Sequence record: KX397373.1
Length of the DNA stretch: 64,000 nucleotides
Direction: 5' to 3' (one strand)
A model generated the notes under the pieces. It had not been told where the DNA came from. It ran no database searches and saw only the letters and a list, made by a program, of their open reading frames with translations. The position numbers were made by a program, and so were the translations under genes. Shown piece by piece: positions 39,601 to 48,254 of the stretch (position 1 is the stretch's first letter; each line of letters starts with the position of its first letter).

Positions 39601-40799
39601 CGCTGTCGTTTATCGACGGGCTGGTACCGGACACCCTGATGGATGACGCCAAGCGTCAGAACTTCGTCGGGATTCAGATGGGGTCAGCGACATCGTGCAT
39701 CGGTGCTACGACGACCCCGTACCGTACTGAACAGGAGAAGGCAGTCGCCCACCGTACGTCTGTGAAACACGCACGCGTGATTGACAAAGCAGGCAAAATC
39801 ACGGGCATCTCTGATGACCACATTGAAATCACCTATGAAGACGGTGAGAAAGAGGCATTCCCACTGGGTCGCTGGTTCGGCGCTCACGAAGGTACCTATT
39901 ATCCTCACACCCTGGTGACTCGCTGGAAAGCCGGAGACAAACTCCCGGCCGGTACAGTCATCACTTACAACGACCAACATTTCGAAGTCGATATTTACGA
40001 TCCGACGCAGGTATCCTGGAAGAACGGGATTCTGGCAACGGTAGCGTTACCCGAAGGGGAAGAAGTAATTGAAGACTCCAATGCGATTAGTGAGCGGTTC
40101 GCCTCGAAAGCACAGTCTGACGTTACCAAACTCAAAGAGGTGACGATTACCTTTACCCAGAACTTGCTCGAGATTGGTAAAGAAGGCGACCACGTCGACG
40201 TGGACTCAATTCTATGCACCTTTACCGACAACCTGACAGGCGATATGTCTGGGTTCAGTAAAGAAGCTGCGGCAACCTTGCAAGACTTGAGTTCGTTCGC
40301 CCCACGCGCTGGGGTACGTGGCCACATCGATAAGATTGAGGTGGTGTATCACGGCGAAACCGAAGACATGACACCGTCACTGGCTGAACTGGTGCGCAAA
40401 TACGACCGTATCCGTCGTAAGGCTGCGCTGGCTGTCAACCGCGACGACCCTACTGATGGGCGTGTTACCGGGGACTACCGTGTTGAAGGGGTGCCGCTGG
40501 CGTATAACTCACTGTGTGTTCGATTCTATATCACGCACCGTGTAGATATGGCAGCTGCGGATAAAATGGTTATCGCGAACCAGCTGAAAACCACTGTGCA
40601 GGAAGTGATGCGTGGCGTGAACCGGACAGAGTCTGGTGATGACATCGACATCCTCTTTGGTCGTGACTCAGTTGACGCCCGTATCGTTGGTTCGATTCAA
40701 CGTATCGGAACAGCGAATGCGGTTGGCGAACGTGCAGGTATTCTCATCGGGGATATTCTCGATGGTAAAGACGTACCGGTACTGCCGACGAAACTTTAG
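36633..40799 (+). CDS. rpoB: Virion RNA polymerase beta subunit, large N-terminal piece (phiKZ gp178-like)
   Basis: 1388 aa; NGVEY..RKQR, GGTGG, QMGSA, IEDSNAIS, DKMVIANQLK (RpoB GDK..GNKG region). Confidence 0.88.
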   Translation: MLLIKQFNQRFSVRKTDEFGKPRIIPLEKLQIPRGAVFHTIDLDQVVLAPPVSTPILQDLEKPAQIRHHFKLPEEGISGHPRNKPVQGQEKAIFQYHRVNRSFRRLSSDALVRKDLKTLLIENYTPMLSHYIYPDTQLAWYDRLRNIMVTMTNQFKYDTAEYLRQNYFVIELGSTLPSFNKFQTTFNDRVKTKLEKFHDFNLLWLLEIFAWAYGHQKDSLFDGMDITQLSRMNFIFTHNSGFTSMNMGLVEKMRKSSGGRLSDDQMGRNFYKSLVQVMTQAPSDEYEAEFLTPEGEERIVTRDEVEEDNVDLVDDNDDVDNEADVQDDNSFDEKEDLVIEAPKEDIKATTIVVEKHIAHDEVIKQEVKRLAEAGRVTSKAYQFLSDSSQRFVNLPNPYNPKETYGQALTIDVKDIEVKAKPKKIERLVTDEAWFENTNDQVISQYNKTMLPKDVLSAVASTQRLGLAIHNHTVEKENTVTGKVEHHTLRIQPIGGEPTTIRFSIPSLTEDGTWVANGVEYTMRKQRVDLPIRKVAPDTVALTTAYGKNFVRRSDKVVNDYGRWLTNAIITRAVDPKNTEVTDAKLANVFDPLLTLPRQYTEVARRVATFNAMGYMWSFDYKMRDTFFDSDQIADADRAKLIPVAKKARSEIILCMDDKSQMYKVKEDQVEPLGTLAEMLGVDESKAPREMTELSLMGKSVSLGFIFSFYLGLQGALKHFGIQYELVPAGQRVDKSQYDSIIRLQDAKILVNCDNDQQRMILNGLDRYLKHLTAYTESEVEREDIYLNLLRDADGLTPRYIKELKQMRTAFVDDMHARILRKMGEPETFIGLLERSNEMLQTDQTLPEINGEEMMFIGNQRIAYHIYTAMVRAMRNYNNAPGANRKFELTQDMIWGAINSDPSVLLAPGANPIQSIKEKDVVTMGGTGGRNRKTMVYHTREFQPSDLGIVSGNTVDNGDVGITAFLTNNPAFDTIDGTTYKRKDELKPGEALSFIDGLVPDTLMDDAKRQNFVGIQMGSATSCIGATTTPYRTEQEKAVAHRTSVKHARVIDKAGKITGISDDHIEITYEDGEKEAFPLGRWFGAHEGTYYPHTLVTRWKAGDKLPAGTVITYNDQHFEVDIYDPTQVSWKNGILATVALPEGEEVIEDSNAISERFASKAQSDVTKLKEVTITFTQNLLEIGKEGDHVDVDSILCTFTDNLTGDMSGFSKEAAATLQDLSSFAPRAGVRGHIDKIEVVYHGETEDMTPSLAELVRKYDRIRRKAALAVNRDDPTDGRVTGDYRVEGVPLAYNSLCVRFYITHRVDMAAADKMVIANQLKTTVQEVMRGVNRTESGDDIDILFGRDSVDARIVGSIQRIGTANAVGERAGILIGDILDGKDVPVLPTKL

Positions 40800-40848
40800 T
40801 CCTAAGGGTGGGTCGCTCCCACCCTCGTAAACAACTCCGGAGTTGAGA

Positions 40849-41142
40849 ATGAGTATTTTAGATTCTATCAAAATGCGTAACGGGATTCCGACTGGGAAAA
40901 ATATCACCCAGCAAGAGACCGAAGGTTATTCCCCGCAACAGCGTTTGAATTTCGTCACGCTGGGCAATGCCGTTGAACTGACCACGGAAATCCTCCACGG
41001 TCTGATGAAAGGCAACAGCGGTCTGACTGACCGTCAGGGCGATCAGCGTATGTTGAAACGCGACATCGCGGATTTAGTCGGTGCACGCATTACTGCGCGT
41101 ATCCAGGAAGCAGTTAGCACCGAGAACGGGGGTCAGGCATGA
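40849..41142 (+). CDS. Small putative head protein
   Basis: GGAG RBS before ATG 40849; within the vRNAP/head operon. Confidence 0.55.
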   Translation: MSILDSIKMRNGIPTGKNITQQETEGYSPQQRLNFVTLGNAVELTTEILHGLMKGNSGLTDRQGDQRMLKRDIADLVGARITARIQEAVSTENGGQA

Positions 41143-42614
41143 TCAGCTTATACTCACTTAACGCCGTCACCAACGCCATGAAGCTGTGTAAGCAGCACAA
41201 CGTGCGTTTGGATGCGGAAGAAGAAAGCCCGATTGGTCTGCTGAATAAAGCAACCGACCAGGCACCCATCTTCAACACCGCAATCACTGACGAGCAGTTC
41301 TTCCAGCAGCTGCCCGACATCACCAAAATCAAAACGCCTGCACACGGCACCGGTGAAGCGTCTGTGGTGGCTGATACAGCTGCCGGTGCAGAAATGCTGA
41401 ACGTGGAAGACCACGAACCGACGCTGTTCGAACTGAAGAACATGGCTATCCTACGTTGTAACGGGATGCTGGACTTTGCCCGTAACGTGATTCAGCCGTT
41501 CGTGCAAACTGTTATTCAGAACAACCAACCGGTTGACCAGCAGGAACTGTCGGAAGAGTGGAACCTGGTACCGGTCGGGATGGATGCTGCACTGGAAAGT
41601 CCGGTAGTGCAGGCGCTGATTGACGAAATCGAAAACCCGCTGGGCAACGGCACTACGCACGAAGCGGTCAATGCCAACGTACCGACTAACCTCGAAGTGC
41701 CGGAAACCGGTAACAAGATGTTTGACAGTCTGGTGGCCACCCTGTTGAACGAAACGGGCATGTCCATCGTTGAAGCAGTTCAGGGGATGCTCGAAGGGAA
41801 CATGCTGTCGCCGGTTTCTGACCAGGCTCCGCACAACCTGAAAAAGAACATCCTGTTCATGCTGCTGGCGTCGTACTACGTTGAACGTCCGTGGGAAAAC
41901 TCTAACCTGGGCAGTGGTGAGTGGCGTGCGAAGATGCTGCCGTTGTACTACTCCAACATTGGTTGGGTGTATGCCTACGCACAGGGTATCGTTGATCGCG
42001 TGACCACCGGTAACGTGGTTTACTCCTACGACGGTGCAGACAAGAAAGTCTACATCTGTCAGGAAGCGTTCAAAGACTACCTGGAAAAAGGTGGGGATGT
42101 GGAAGCGCTGTTGGGTGCTATCTACATGCTCGATGACGGCGACTCTTCTGTGTCAACCCGTGTACCGGGCCTGCTGGAAAAACAAAACGATTACCGTGCC
42201 GCATACGGTCGTCGTAGCGCTATCCAACGTGCGAAGAACGATACCGATTGGTTGACCCGTAACCGTGCATCGCTGAAAACGGCGTTTGCAGTGGCTATCG
42301 ATACCCTCGACCCGGAAATGCTGTCGCGTGACCATCAGGGTAACCTGTGCACGCCAGAGCAGTCGAAAACTGCGGTGTTCTCTGCTATCGACCATCTGTT
42401 CGGTAACAGCACCAAGGACATTACCGAGTTCGTGATTCGCACAGCATCGGCCGAAGTCTTCGGTGAGTACGACCTATGCAATCTGCTGCTGGATATTCAC
42501 CGCGGCATGATTGAAAACCGTCAGCCTGACGAAGTGGCTACCGACTGGATGATTAACTACGTCATCAACTGGGTTGGTGGTGCCATCTGTGTTGACATCC
42601 TGAAACGCGCTTAA
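41139..42614 (+). CDS. Putative virion head protein
   Basis: 491 aa located between vRNAP subunit genes; function inferred from synteny. Confidence 0.55.
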   Translation: MISLYSLNAVTNAMKLCKQHNVRLDAEEESPIGLLNKATDQAPIFNTAITDEQFFQQLPDITKIKTPAHGTGEASVVADTAAGAEMLNVEDHEPTLFELKNMAILRCNGMLDFARNVIQPFVQTVIQNNQPVDQQELSEEWNLVPVGMDAALESPVVQALIDEIENPLGNGTTHEAVNANVPTNLEVPETGNKMFDSLVATLLNETGMSIVEAVQGMLEGNMLSPVSDQAPHNLKKNILFMLLASYYVERPWENSNLGSGEWRAKMLPLYYSNIGWVYAYAQGIVDRVTTGNVVYSYDGADKKVYICQEAFKDYLEKGGDVEALLGAIYMLDDGDSSVSTRVPGLLEKQNDYRAAYGRRSAIQRAKNDTDWLTRNRASLKTAFAVAIDTLDPEMLSRDHQGNLCTPEQSKTAVFSAIDHLFGNSTKDITEFVIRTASAEVFGEYDLCNLLLDIHRGMIENRQPDEVATDWMINYVINWVGGAICVDILKRA

Positions 42615-42631
42615 CCCTGTAGGAGGTGATC

Positions 42632-43360
42632 GTGAGTGCAATTGAAACAGCCCGTCGTGACCCAACGAAAATCCATGCGGACTTGGTCAACAACGGCACG
42701 GTCACCACTACCAAAGGGGGATGTTACATTTACATCCCTGTTGGGTTTGTGGCGAAAGAGTTGGCGGTGGTGTCTTCGACGGTAACGATTATCGGCTTGT
42801 TTGCGATTTCGACCGACCGGAGAACCTACGGGGTATCGAGCGTTACGACGTTCATCGAGATTACCCCGTCGGCGTTTGAAGAAATCGATGTCCACGGTGT
42901 TCCGTATTACGAATTCCGTTTTGACCCTGGTACGGTTGTTTTCCCCAACCGCATGTTGCAGGTGCTGCCAAGCCCTGTGTATAACATCGCGTCGTACGAG
43001 TACGACTTTGGTAACCGTCCCTTCTGGACGACGTCTGATGACGATGCTGAGTTACTGGCACCGGATAAGACTAAGAAGTGGAACGGTTTTACCGTGTTCG
43101 CTGACCAAATCACAGCGGACTGTTATGCTGCGCACACACAGCGCAAAGTTGGCGACCCACGAACGTATTTCCGGGACACATTGAAAAAGGACAGCGATTT
43201 GAGTAACACGGTGCAGTTCATTCCATTGCGCAGTGGCTCACTCAACAAAACGTCGCGCTTGGCGAAACTGGCTGACGTGGAACTGAAACAAGGTATCCGT
43301 TCTGCGTTGCAAGTTGACCCGGTACGTGCCGAACCGCTCGAGGATTTGTTTATGCGTTAA
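42632..43360 (+). CDS. rpoC: Virion RNA polymerase beta-prime C-terminal piece (phiKZ gp176-like)
   Basis: SLNKTSRLAKLADVELKQGIRSALQVDPVRAEPLEDL resembles RpoC [24 protein letters not shown]...LRGLKEN; synteny before the protease. Confidence 0.65.
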   Translation: MSAIETARRDPTKIHADLVNNGTVTTTKGGCYIYIPVGFVAKELAVVSSTVTIIGLFAISTDRRTYGVSSVTTFIEITPSAFEEIDVHGVPYYEFRFDPGTVVFPNRMLQVLPSPVYNIASYEYDFGNRPFWTTSDDDAELLAPDKTKKWNGFTVFADQITADCYAAHTQRKVGDPRTYFRDTLKKDSDLSNTVQFIPLRSGSLNKTSRLAKLADVELKQGIRSALQVDPVRAEPLEDLFMR

Positions 43361-43415
43361 CTGGTGCTGCGCCTTCGGGCGCAGACTGGTCTGAAAAAAG
43401 AAACTGGGGAAAACA

Positions 43416-44219
43416 ATGGAAAACATGTCACTACGCTATAACTGCGTGGCGCTGGCTGGGGTCAATAAAGGGGCAACGCTCAAAAAAGATGCTGACGGTT
43501 ATTACTACGTCCTTTTAGGCGCACTGAATATTTTCAACTCTGAGAATATCTATTACGCTTACAACGAATCGAAGCATGTCTTCGAACGTTCCAACATCTT
43601 CATGCGCAAAGTGCAGGCGGGGAATCTCTTCGGTGAAGAAGACCACCCTCCGTACGAGCAGGGTATGTCCGAAGCCCAGTGGATTGAGCGCAACGAATGG
43701 ATTGAGACGAAAAACGTCTGTATGCACATTCGTGAAGTCGAAGTGAAACCAACAGACCAGGTATGTAACGGTCTGCCGGTAATGGAAATCTGGGGCTGGG
43801 TCAAGCCGAACCGTGAACGCGGTCCGCTGTTGGCAGAAGCGCTGGAGAATCCACATCAGAACGTGTGCTTCTCGCTGCGTGCTATCGTGCGTGAAGGCCG
43901 CATTGGTGGGCAAGTGGTACGCCGTATCGATAAGATGGTCACCTTTGACTGGGTTATCGAAGACGGTTTGCAGATCTGCAACAAATACTCCGCGATTCAG
44001 CGTGGCAGTAAAGTCGCGCAAGAATCTACCCGTACGTACGTTGACCGTCCGATCAGCATGGAAGTGCTGGAAGACATCATCTACAACCCGCAAGCGTCTT
44101 CTACGGTTGCTACGGAGTCTCGTCGTGGAGCACTGCGTGGTATTGCCCAGGAATATTTAGCGCTTAATCCTCGCCGGTCTAACCTGCGTGTGATGGGTAT
44201 GGGTAAAGGAAGCTGGTAA
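43416..44219 (+). CDS. Prohead (head maturation) serine protease (phiKZ gp175-like)
   Basis: GEEDHP (His), CFSLRA (Ser), TFDWV (Asp); C-terminal AQE/ATE self-cleavage-like sites. Confidence 0.85.
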   Translation: MENMSLRYNCVALAGVNKGATLKKDADGYYYVLLGALNIFNSENIYYAYNESKHVFERSNIFMRKVQAGNLFGEEDHPPYEQGMSEAQWIERNEWIETKNVCMHIREVEVKPTDQVCNGLPVMEIWGWVKPNRERGPLLAEALENPHQNVCFSLRAIVREGRIGGQVVRRIDKMVTFDWVIEDGLQICNKYSAIQRGSKVAQESTRTYVDRPISMEVLEDIIYNPQASSTVATESRRGALRGIAQEYLALNPRRSNLRVMGMGKGSW

Positions 44220-44220
44220 A

Positions 44221-44850
44221 ATGAGCGAAGCCATCGACCCCTCTTTAGAACGTTGGCGGGAACAACAAATGCCGAGCGTGGCCAAAAAGCTGACGCTTCG
44301 GCAATTGTCAAATCCGCCGTTACATCTAAGCAAGTGTAAGATTCCGGTGTTCTCACCGCGTATCCCACTTTCCGTTGCGCGTGATGAAGACATGACTGTG
44401 CCGCGTATTTGCTGCTCAGTTGATCTCAGTCGCTGTATTCACGGTGTGCGTCACATCTATTCCACAATAGAGATACCCACCCGTTTGTACTTGTACGGCT
44501 TCGAAGAACGCGCGGTCGCACAACCGTCCGTGGATTTGACTTGCGAGCCCAACCGGGCAGGCGAAGTGTGGATTGTTCCGCACCGCATGTCTAACTGGGA
44601 CATCAAACCGACTCTGCTCGGGGAGCTGCGCCTGTCAAGCCTCGGTGCCGGTGGGCATCAGTTCACGTACCAGATGTGTTTCGGACAGGATGTTCGTTTG
44701 TCGTCCGACCAACTCTTAAAGGCGGATACCTTCTATGAAGTCAAAGTAACCGTTAACTGGGAGAAGGAAACGATTAAGGTTAGTGACGCCAAACAAGTCG
44801 ATCGCAGTAAATTCGACATCGCCATCAACGAGTATTCTGTCACCCCGTGA
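44221..44850 (+). CDS. Putative head protein (phiKZ gp174-like), possible ART-like fold
   Basis: LHLS...FSPRIP...ED..VPRICCS...GEVWIV; follows the protease gene. Confidence 0.5.
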   Translation: MSEAIDPSLERWREQQMPSVAKKLTLRQLSNPPLHLSKCKIPVFSPRIPLSVARDEDMTVPRICCSVDLSRCIHGVRHIYSTIEIPTRLYLYGFEERAVAQPSVDLTCEPNRAGEVWIVPHRMSNWDIKPTLLGELRLSSLGAGGHQFTYQMCFGQDVRLSSDQLLKADTFYEVKVTVNWEKETIKVSDAKQVDRSKFDIAINEYSVTP

Positions 44851-44902
44851 TCCGGCAAGTTCGTGGTCTGCAACTACCACTTACCGTACCCAGGGGGAAC
44901 GC

Positions 44903-45202
44903 ATGAAAGTCGTTAACATCGCAATACCCTCGACGCTGCAAACGTTGACACCTGATGAGCTGAAGGCTCTGGCCATTTACGCTATTCAGGAACGCTGTGG
45001 TCGAGAAGTGTTAGCTGAGATTCTCAGTTCGCGCTTTGACACCAAACGTAAAATCAATAACATTGTCGCGGGCATTGCCCAACAAGACATCGCACAATTT
45101 TATTGCGATATTCGAGATACAGGGGTGACTATCGATTTTACCCGCACTTACTTTTTGCTCGCTGAACCTTACCGCACCAACGTGTCAATTAAGCAGTTGT
45201 AG
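44903..45202 (+). CDS. Hypothetical protein
   Basis: GGGGG RBS before ATG 44903. Confidence 0.6.
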   Translation: MKVVNIAIPSTLQTLTPDELKALAIYAIQERCGREVLAEILSSRFDTKRKINNIVAGIAQQDIAQFYCDIRDTGVTIDFTRTYFLLAEPYRTNVSIKQL

Positions 45203-45260
45203 TTTTTTTACGGATGCGGTAGTTCATGTGTTGGGGATACACTTTTAAAGGAAGAGAGCA

Positions 45261-45809
45261 ATGTTTTATTTGGATAGCGATGGGTTATTTGCGCGTTGGC
45301 GTACCTACGTATTATCCACACATTTTCCGGGAATGACGATTAAGGAGTTCAATGCTTTACCCGAACTGCGTCGTCGGAGTCTGACACGCGAGATGTATCA
45401 GCGTGACCCAGATTTGTTTTACAAGCTACCGCCGATTCCCGAAGCGGCAGGCATTCTTGAAACGCTGGAAAAGTTGTGTGATTCGTGGGCAATACTGACG
45501 TCTGGTTCGGAAGATCACTTTGATCACCGACTGGTTATTGAATCAAAACAGAGGTGGTTCTTAAAACACTTCGGGATTCCGTCAGATAAAGTCATCGTCA
45601 CTGAAAACTCTGGGCAGAAAGCAGCTTACGCCTCACGGGGGAATTTGCTTGTCGACGATTATGGTCGGAACTGTCGTGAATGGGTGTTGCAGGGTGGGGC
45701 CGCGATTTGGGTACGTACAGAACAGCCTAACATCAAGGGCATCTGTAATCAGTGCGAAGCGTTCTACGAAGACCCGGTTAATTTGTCGGGGACTCTGTTA
45801 CAAGTTTAA
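45261..45809 (+). CDS. HAD-superfamily 5'(3')-deoxyribonucleotidase-like protein
   Basis: YLDSDG (DxD), ILTS, QK, LLVDD motifs. Confidence 0.8.
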   Translation: MFYLDSDGLFARWRTYVLSTHFPGMTIKEFNALPELRRRSLTREMYQRDPDLFYKLPPIPEAAGILETLEKLCDSWAILTSGSEDHFDHRLVIESKQRWFLKHFGIPSDKVIVTENSGQKAAYASRGNLLVDDYGRNCREWVLQGGAAIWVRTEQPNIKGICNQCEAFYEDPVNLSGTLLQV

Positions 45810-45814
45810 TACTT

Positions 45815-45854
45815 AGGTAGTCCTTTCACCCGAGAGGACTACCTGTTTTATTTT
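45815..45854 (+). terminator. Intrinsic terminator
   Basis: AGGTAGTCCT...AGGACTACCT followed by GTTTTATTTT. Confidence 0.8.
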
Positions 45855-45943
45855 AAGTGCATTCGAAAAACTTATAGATATATTTTACTTAGGTGAGATT
45901 ACATTCCTAATCTTTTCGACCATTAACCTCAAGGAGCTTTATC

Positions 45944-46339
45944 ATGCAAGTCCACCCTAACATTGTTAAGCAGTGCGAAGACCCGTTTACCATGATGCTG
46001 GTTGCCAGCAAATGTCAGGATAAAAACTTCGAGGAGTTTATGAATAATCCTGCCGCCGTGCAAGCATCGGTACTGCACCATCTCGAGCGTATCGAAACCG
46101 GGAAGATGGTAAAAGACGTCGGTGAAGAACCGTTCGTCGTCAAAATGATTAACCACATCGCGTCGCCGGAGTTTCGGGCGATTCGATTAGAACGTGACGG
46201 TATGCCAAATAAGATTCGTGACCTGTTCACACGCATCCTTAACGACCGCCAGTTCAAACACGTTATGGACCGCGAGCCTGACGTTTACGAAGACATCAAA
46301 CGCCACATGGAAGAAACCATGTACGTCTTCACTCACTAA
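45944..46339 (+). CDS. Hypothetical protein
   Basis: 131 aa, AAGGAG RBS. Confidence 0.75.
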   Translation: MQVHPNIVKQCEDPFTMMLVASKCQDKNFEEFMNNPAAVQASVLHHLERIETGKMVKDVGEEPFVVKMINHIASPEFRAIRLERDGMPNKIRDLFTRILNDRQFKHVMDREPDVYEDIKRHMEETMYVFTH

Positions 46340-46378
46340 GCCATTCAATCCGACCATTACCTTTAGGAAATAGAAACT

Positions 46379-47050
46379 ATGCAAGGCGCAGAACTGAACA
46401 CCATGTGGGAAAAACTGTTACGTCAATTCCGTGACTTCTATCTGTACACTGATAGCGCTCACCGTATCGACCACATCCAGGCAGTGAAATCCAATGCTGT
46501 TCGTATCGCACACCTGTTAGGTGAAACTGAACATTTGAAGTTGGCGTTTATTGCGATTGCTGCACACGACATCTTCTCCACCAAAGATGACCGGGCTGCG
46601 CACCACATCAAAGGCTACAATTGGATACTGGACAACAAACCGGTACTCAAGCGCAAGTACAAGCTGAGCGATGACGATTGTCTGGTTATCGCCCACGCCG
46701 TGTTAGAACACCGTAGCTCCCACAAAGGGAACTACAACGGTATCGTTTCCGAGATTGTGGCCGCAGCTGACCGCGGCATTCCGTCGGTTGACGATGTCAC
46801 CAATTACGCTTACCGTTCTTACTTGTATGCACGCGACCACGGCAAAAGCGTCACGGATGCGAAGTTCCATGCGGTACGCCACATCAAAGAGAAGTTTGGT
46901 AAGGATGGCAAATCTAAAGTGCCGGAGTGGTACGGTACTCTGTTTGCAGAGAAACTGTTAATCCGGTTAGACTACGTAGAGCAACTCGACATCGATTGCT
47001 TTACACCTGAAATCACCGATGAGCTTGAAGCTCGTTTACAACCCAAGTAA
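46379..47050 (+). CDS. HD-domain phosphohydrolase
   Basis: AHRIDH, AAHDI, VLEHR, AAADR: H...HD...H...D pattern. Confidence 0.85.
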   Translation: MQGAELNTMWEKLLRQFRDFYLYTDSAHRIDHIQAVKSNAVRIAHLLGETEHLKLAFIAIAAHDIFSTKDDRAAHHIKGYNWILDNKPVLKRKYKLSDDDCLVIAHAVLEHRSSHKGNYNGIVSEIVAAADRGIPSVDDVTNYAYRSYLYARDHGKSVTDAKFHAVRHIKEKFGKDGKSKVPEWYGTLFAEKLLIRLDYVEQLDIDCFTPEITDELEARLQPK

Positions 47051-47066
47051 CCTGAAGGATAATGCA

Positions 47067-47552
47067 ATGACTGTTAAAGTAACCTCAATCAAAGAACTGA
47101 ACTCCATCATCGAAAGCATCGACGGCCCAACCGTGGTACTGAACGAAGACCTGTCGCTCAAAGCTGAGCCGCTCATGGACATCTACGTCGATACCCTCCC
47201 GGTAGTGAAGGTCGGTGAGATTGATTATCGCTTTACGCTGGACGACGCCAATGCGCTGCGTCAGCATGACGCAAACTTCCTCGAAGCGTTCGGCGGTATC
47301 GCCAGCGGTGTGATCGTTGACCGTGCGAAAGCCGACAGCGACATCGGCGCACTCGACCTGAAACTGGACATCGGTAACGCGTCCTTCTCAACCGTGTTCG
47401 CTCGCCCAACCGGTGATGAGCCAACCAAGAAAGAGTGGGAAGCCTCCATCGGCTTCGGCTATGGTGTGCCGAAGTCTAAAGCGCTGGAAGGCAAACTGCG
47501 TAAAGGCTTCGCGGCCGCCATGATGGCAAGCGATGAGGAAGACGAAGAGTAA
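47067..47552 (+). CDS. Hypothetical acidic protein
   Basis: AAGGA RBS before ATG 47067. Confidence 0.7.
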   Translation: MTVKVTSIKELNSIIESIDGPTVVLNEDLSLKAEPLMDIYVDTLPVVKVGEIDYRFTLDDANALRQHDANFLEAFGGIASGVIVDRAKADSDIGALDLKLDIGNASFSTVFARPTGDEPTKKEWEASIGFGYGVPKSKALEGKLRKGFAAAMMASDEEDEE

Positions 47553-47573
47553 TCTTCGTTTCCTTAACAAATT

Positions 47574-47604
47574 GAGATGGTCTTATGACCATCTCTTTTT
47601 TTTG
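47574..47604 (+). terminator. Intrinsic terminator
   Basis: GAGATGGTC-TTAT-GACCATCTC followed by a long T run. Confidence 0.9.
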
Positions 47605-47619
47605 ATCCTGGAGTAAAGA

Positions 47620-48207
47620 ATGCCTAGAGAAGAACTCTTTAGCGGCGGAGCACTCAGTGCACGGGAAGCCCCCGAGCGCACCACCATGCGCAGTGCCATG
47701 AACCGCGATGAGGTTATCCAGCGTCTGAACCAAATCGGTGACGTGTTTACCCTCTCCCTGCGTACCGTAACCGATGACACGGCGTTTGAGAATACCGCAG
47801 GGTTTGCTGCGGAGATGATTCCCCACACCGTCAACGGCTACCAACGTTTCTTAGACGACATCACTAAGTCTGCGGCAGGACGTGTGATTGCCGGTTTCGT
47901 GATTCGCTTTAAGCAGCTGTTGTTGATTGAGTTCGGCGAGTATGTGATTGCTTCGCTGGAAAATGAACTGGTGACGCTGTCGCCTAACGACATCATTGCT
48001 GCTGAGAAAGGCGAAGGCCACAACGAAACCACGCTGTGGAAAATCGCGCACCCAGACAATCCCGATCTCGCACCCCCGTCTGAATACGACCTGCTGACCT
48101 CTTTCCTGCTCCTGATGCAGATGAAGAACCTCATCATCCGGGCCGGTGCCCAACAGCAGATGCAGCAAGATGAAAAAGACGCTGCGCACCAAGGGCGAAA
48201 AAAATAA
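47620..48207 (+). CDS. Hypothetical protein
   Basis: 195 aa, GGAG RBS. Confidence 0.75.
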   Translation: MPREELFSGGALSAREAPERTTMRSAMNRDEVIQRLNQIGDVFTLSLRTVTDDTAFENTAGFAAEMIPHTVNGYQRFLDDITKSAAGRVIAGFVIRFKQLLLIEFGEYVIASLENELVTLSPNDIIAAEKGEGHNETTLWKIAHPDNPDLAPPSEYDLLTSFLLLMQMKNLIIRAGAQQQMQQDEKDAAHQGRKK

Positions 48208-48213
48208 AACGTA

Positions 48214-48253
48214 CCTCACTCCCGCAAAGGAGTGAGGCGCGCTTCTTTTTTTG
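48214..48253. terminator. Terminator between convergent genes
   Basis: CCTCACTCC-CGCAAA-GGAGTGAGG followed by a T-tract. Confidence 0.8.
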
Positions 48254-48254
48254 C

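Noticed and set aside
40806-40825. GGGTGGG/CCCACCC hairpin after the beta-N gene as a terminator
   Set aside because: No U-tract on either side; more likely a stabilising or processing hairpin, so not listed as a terminator.
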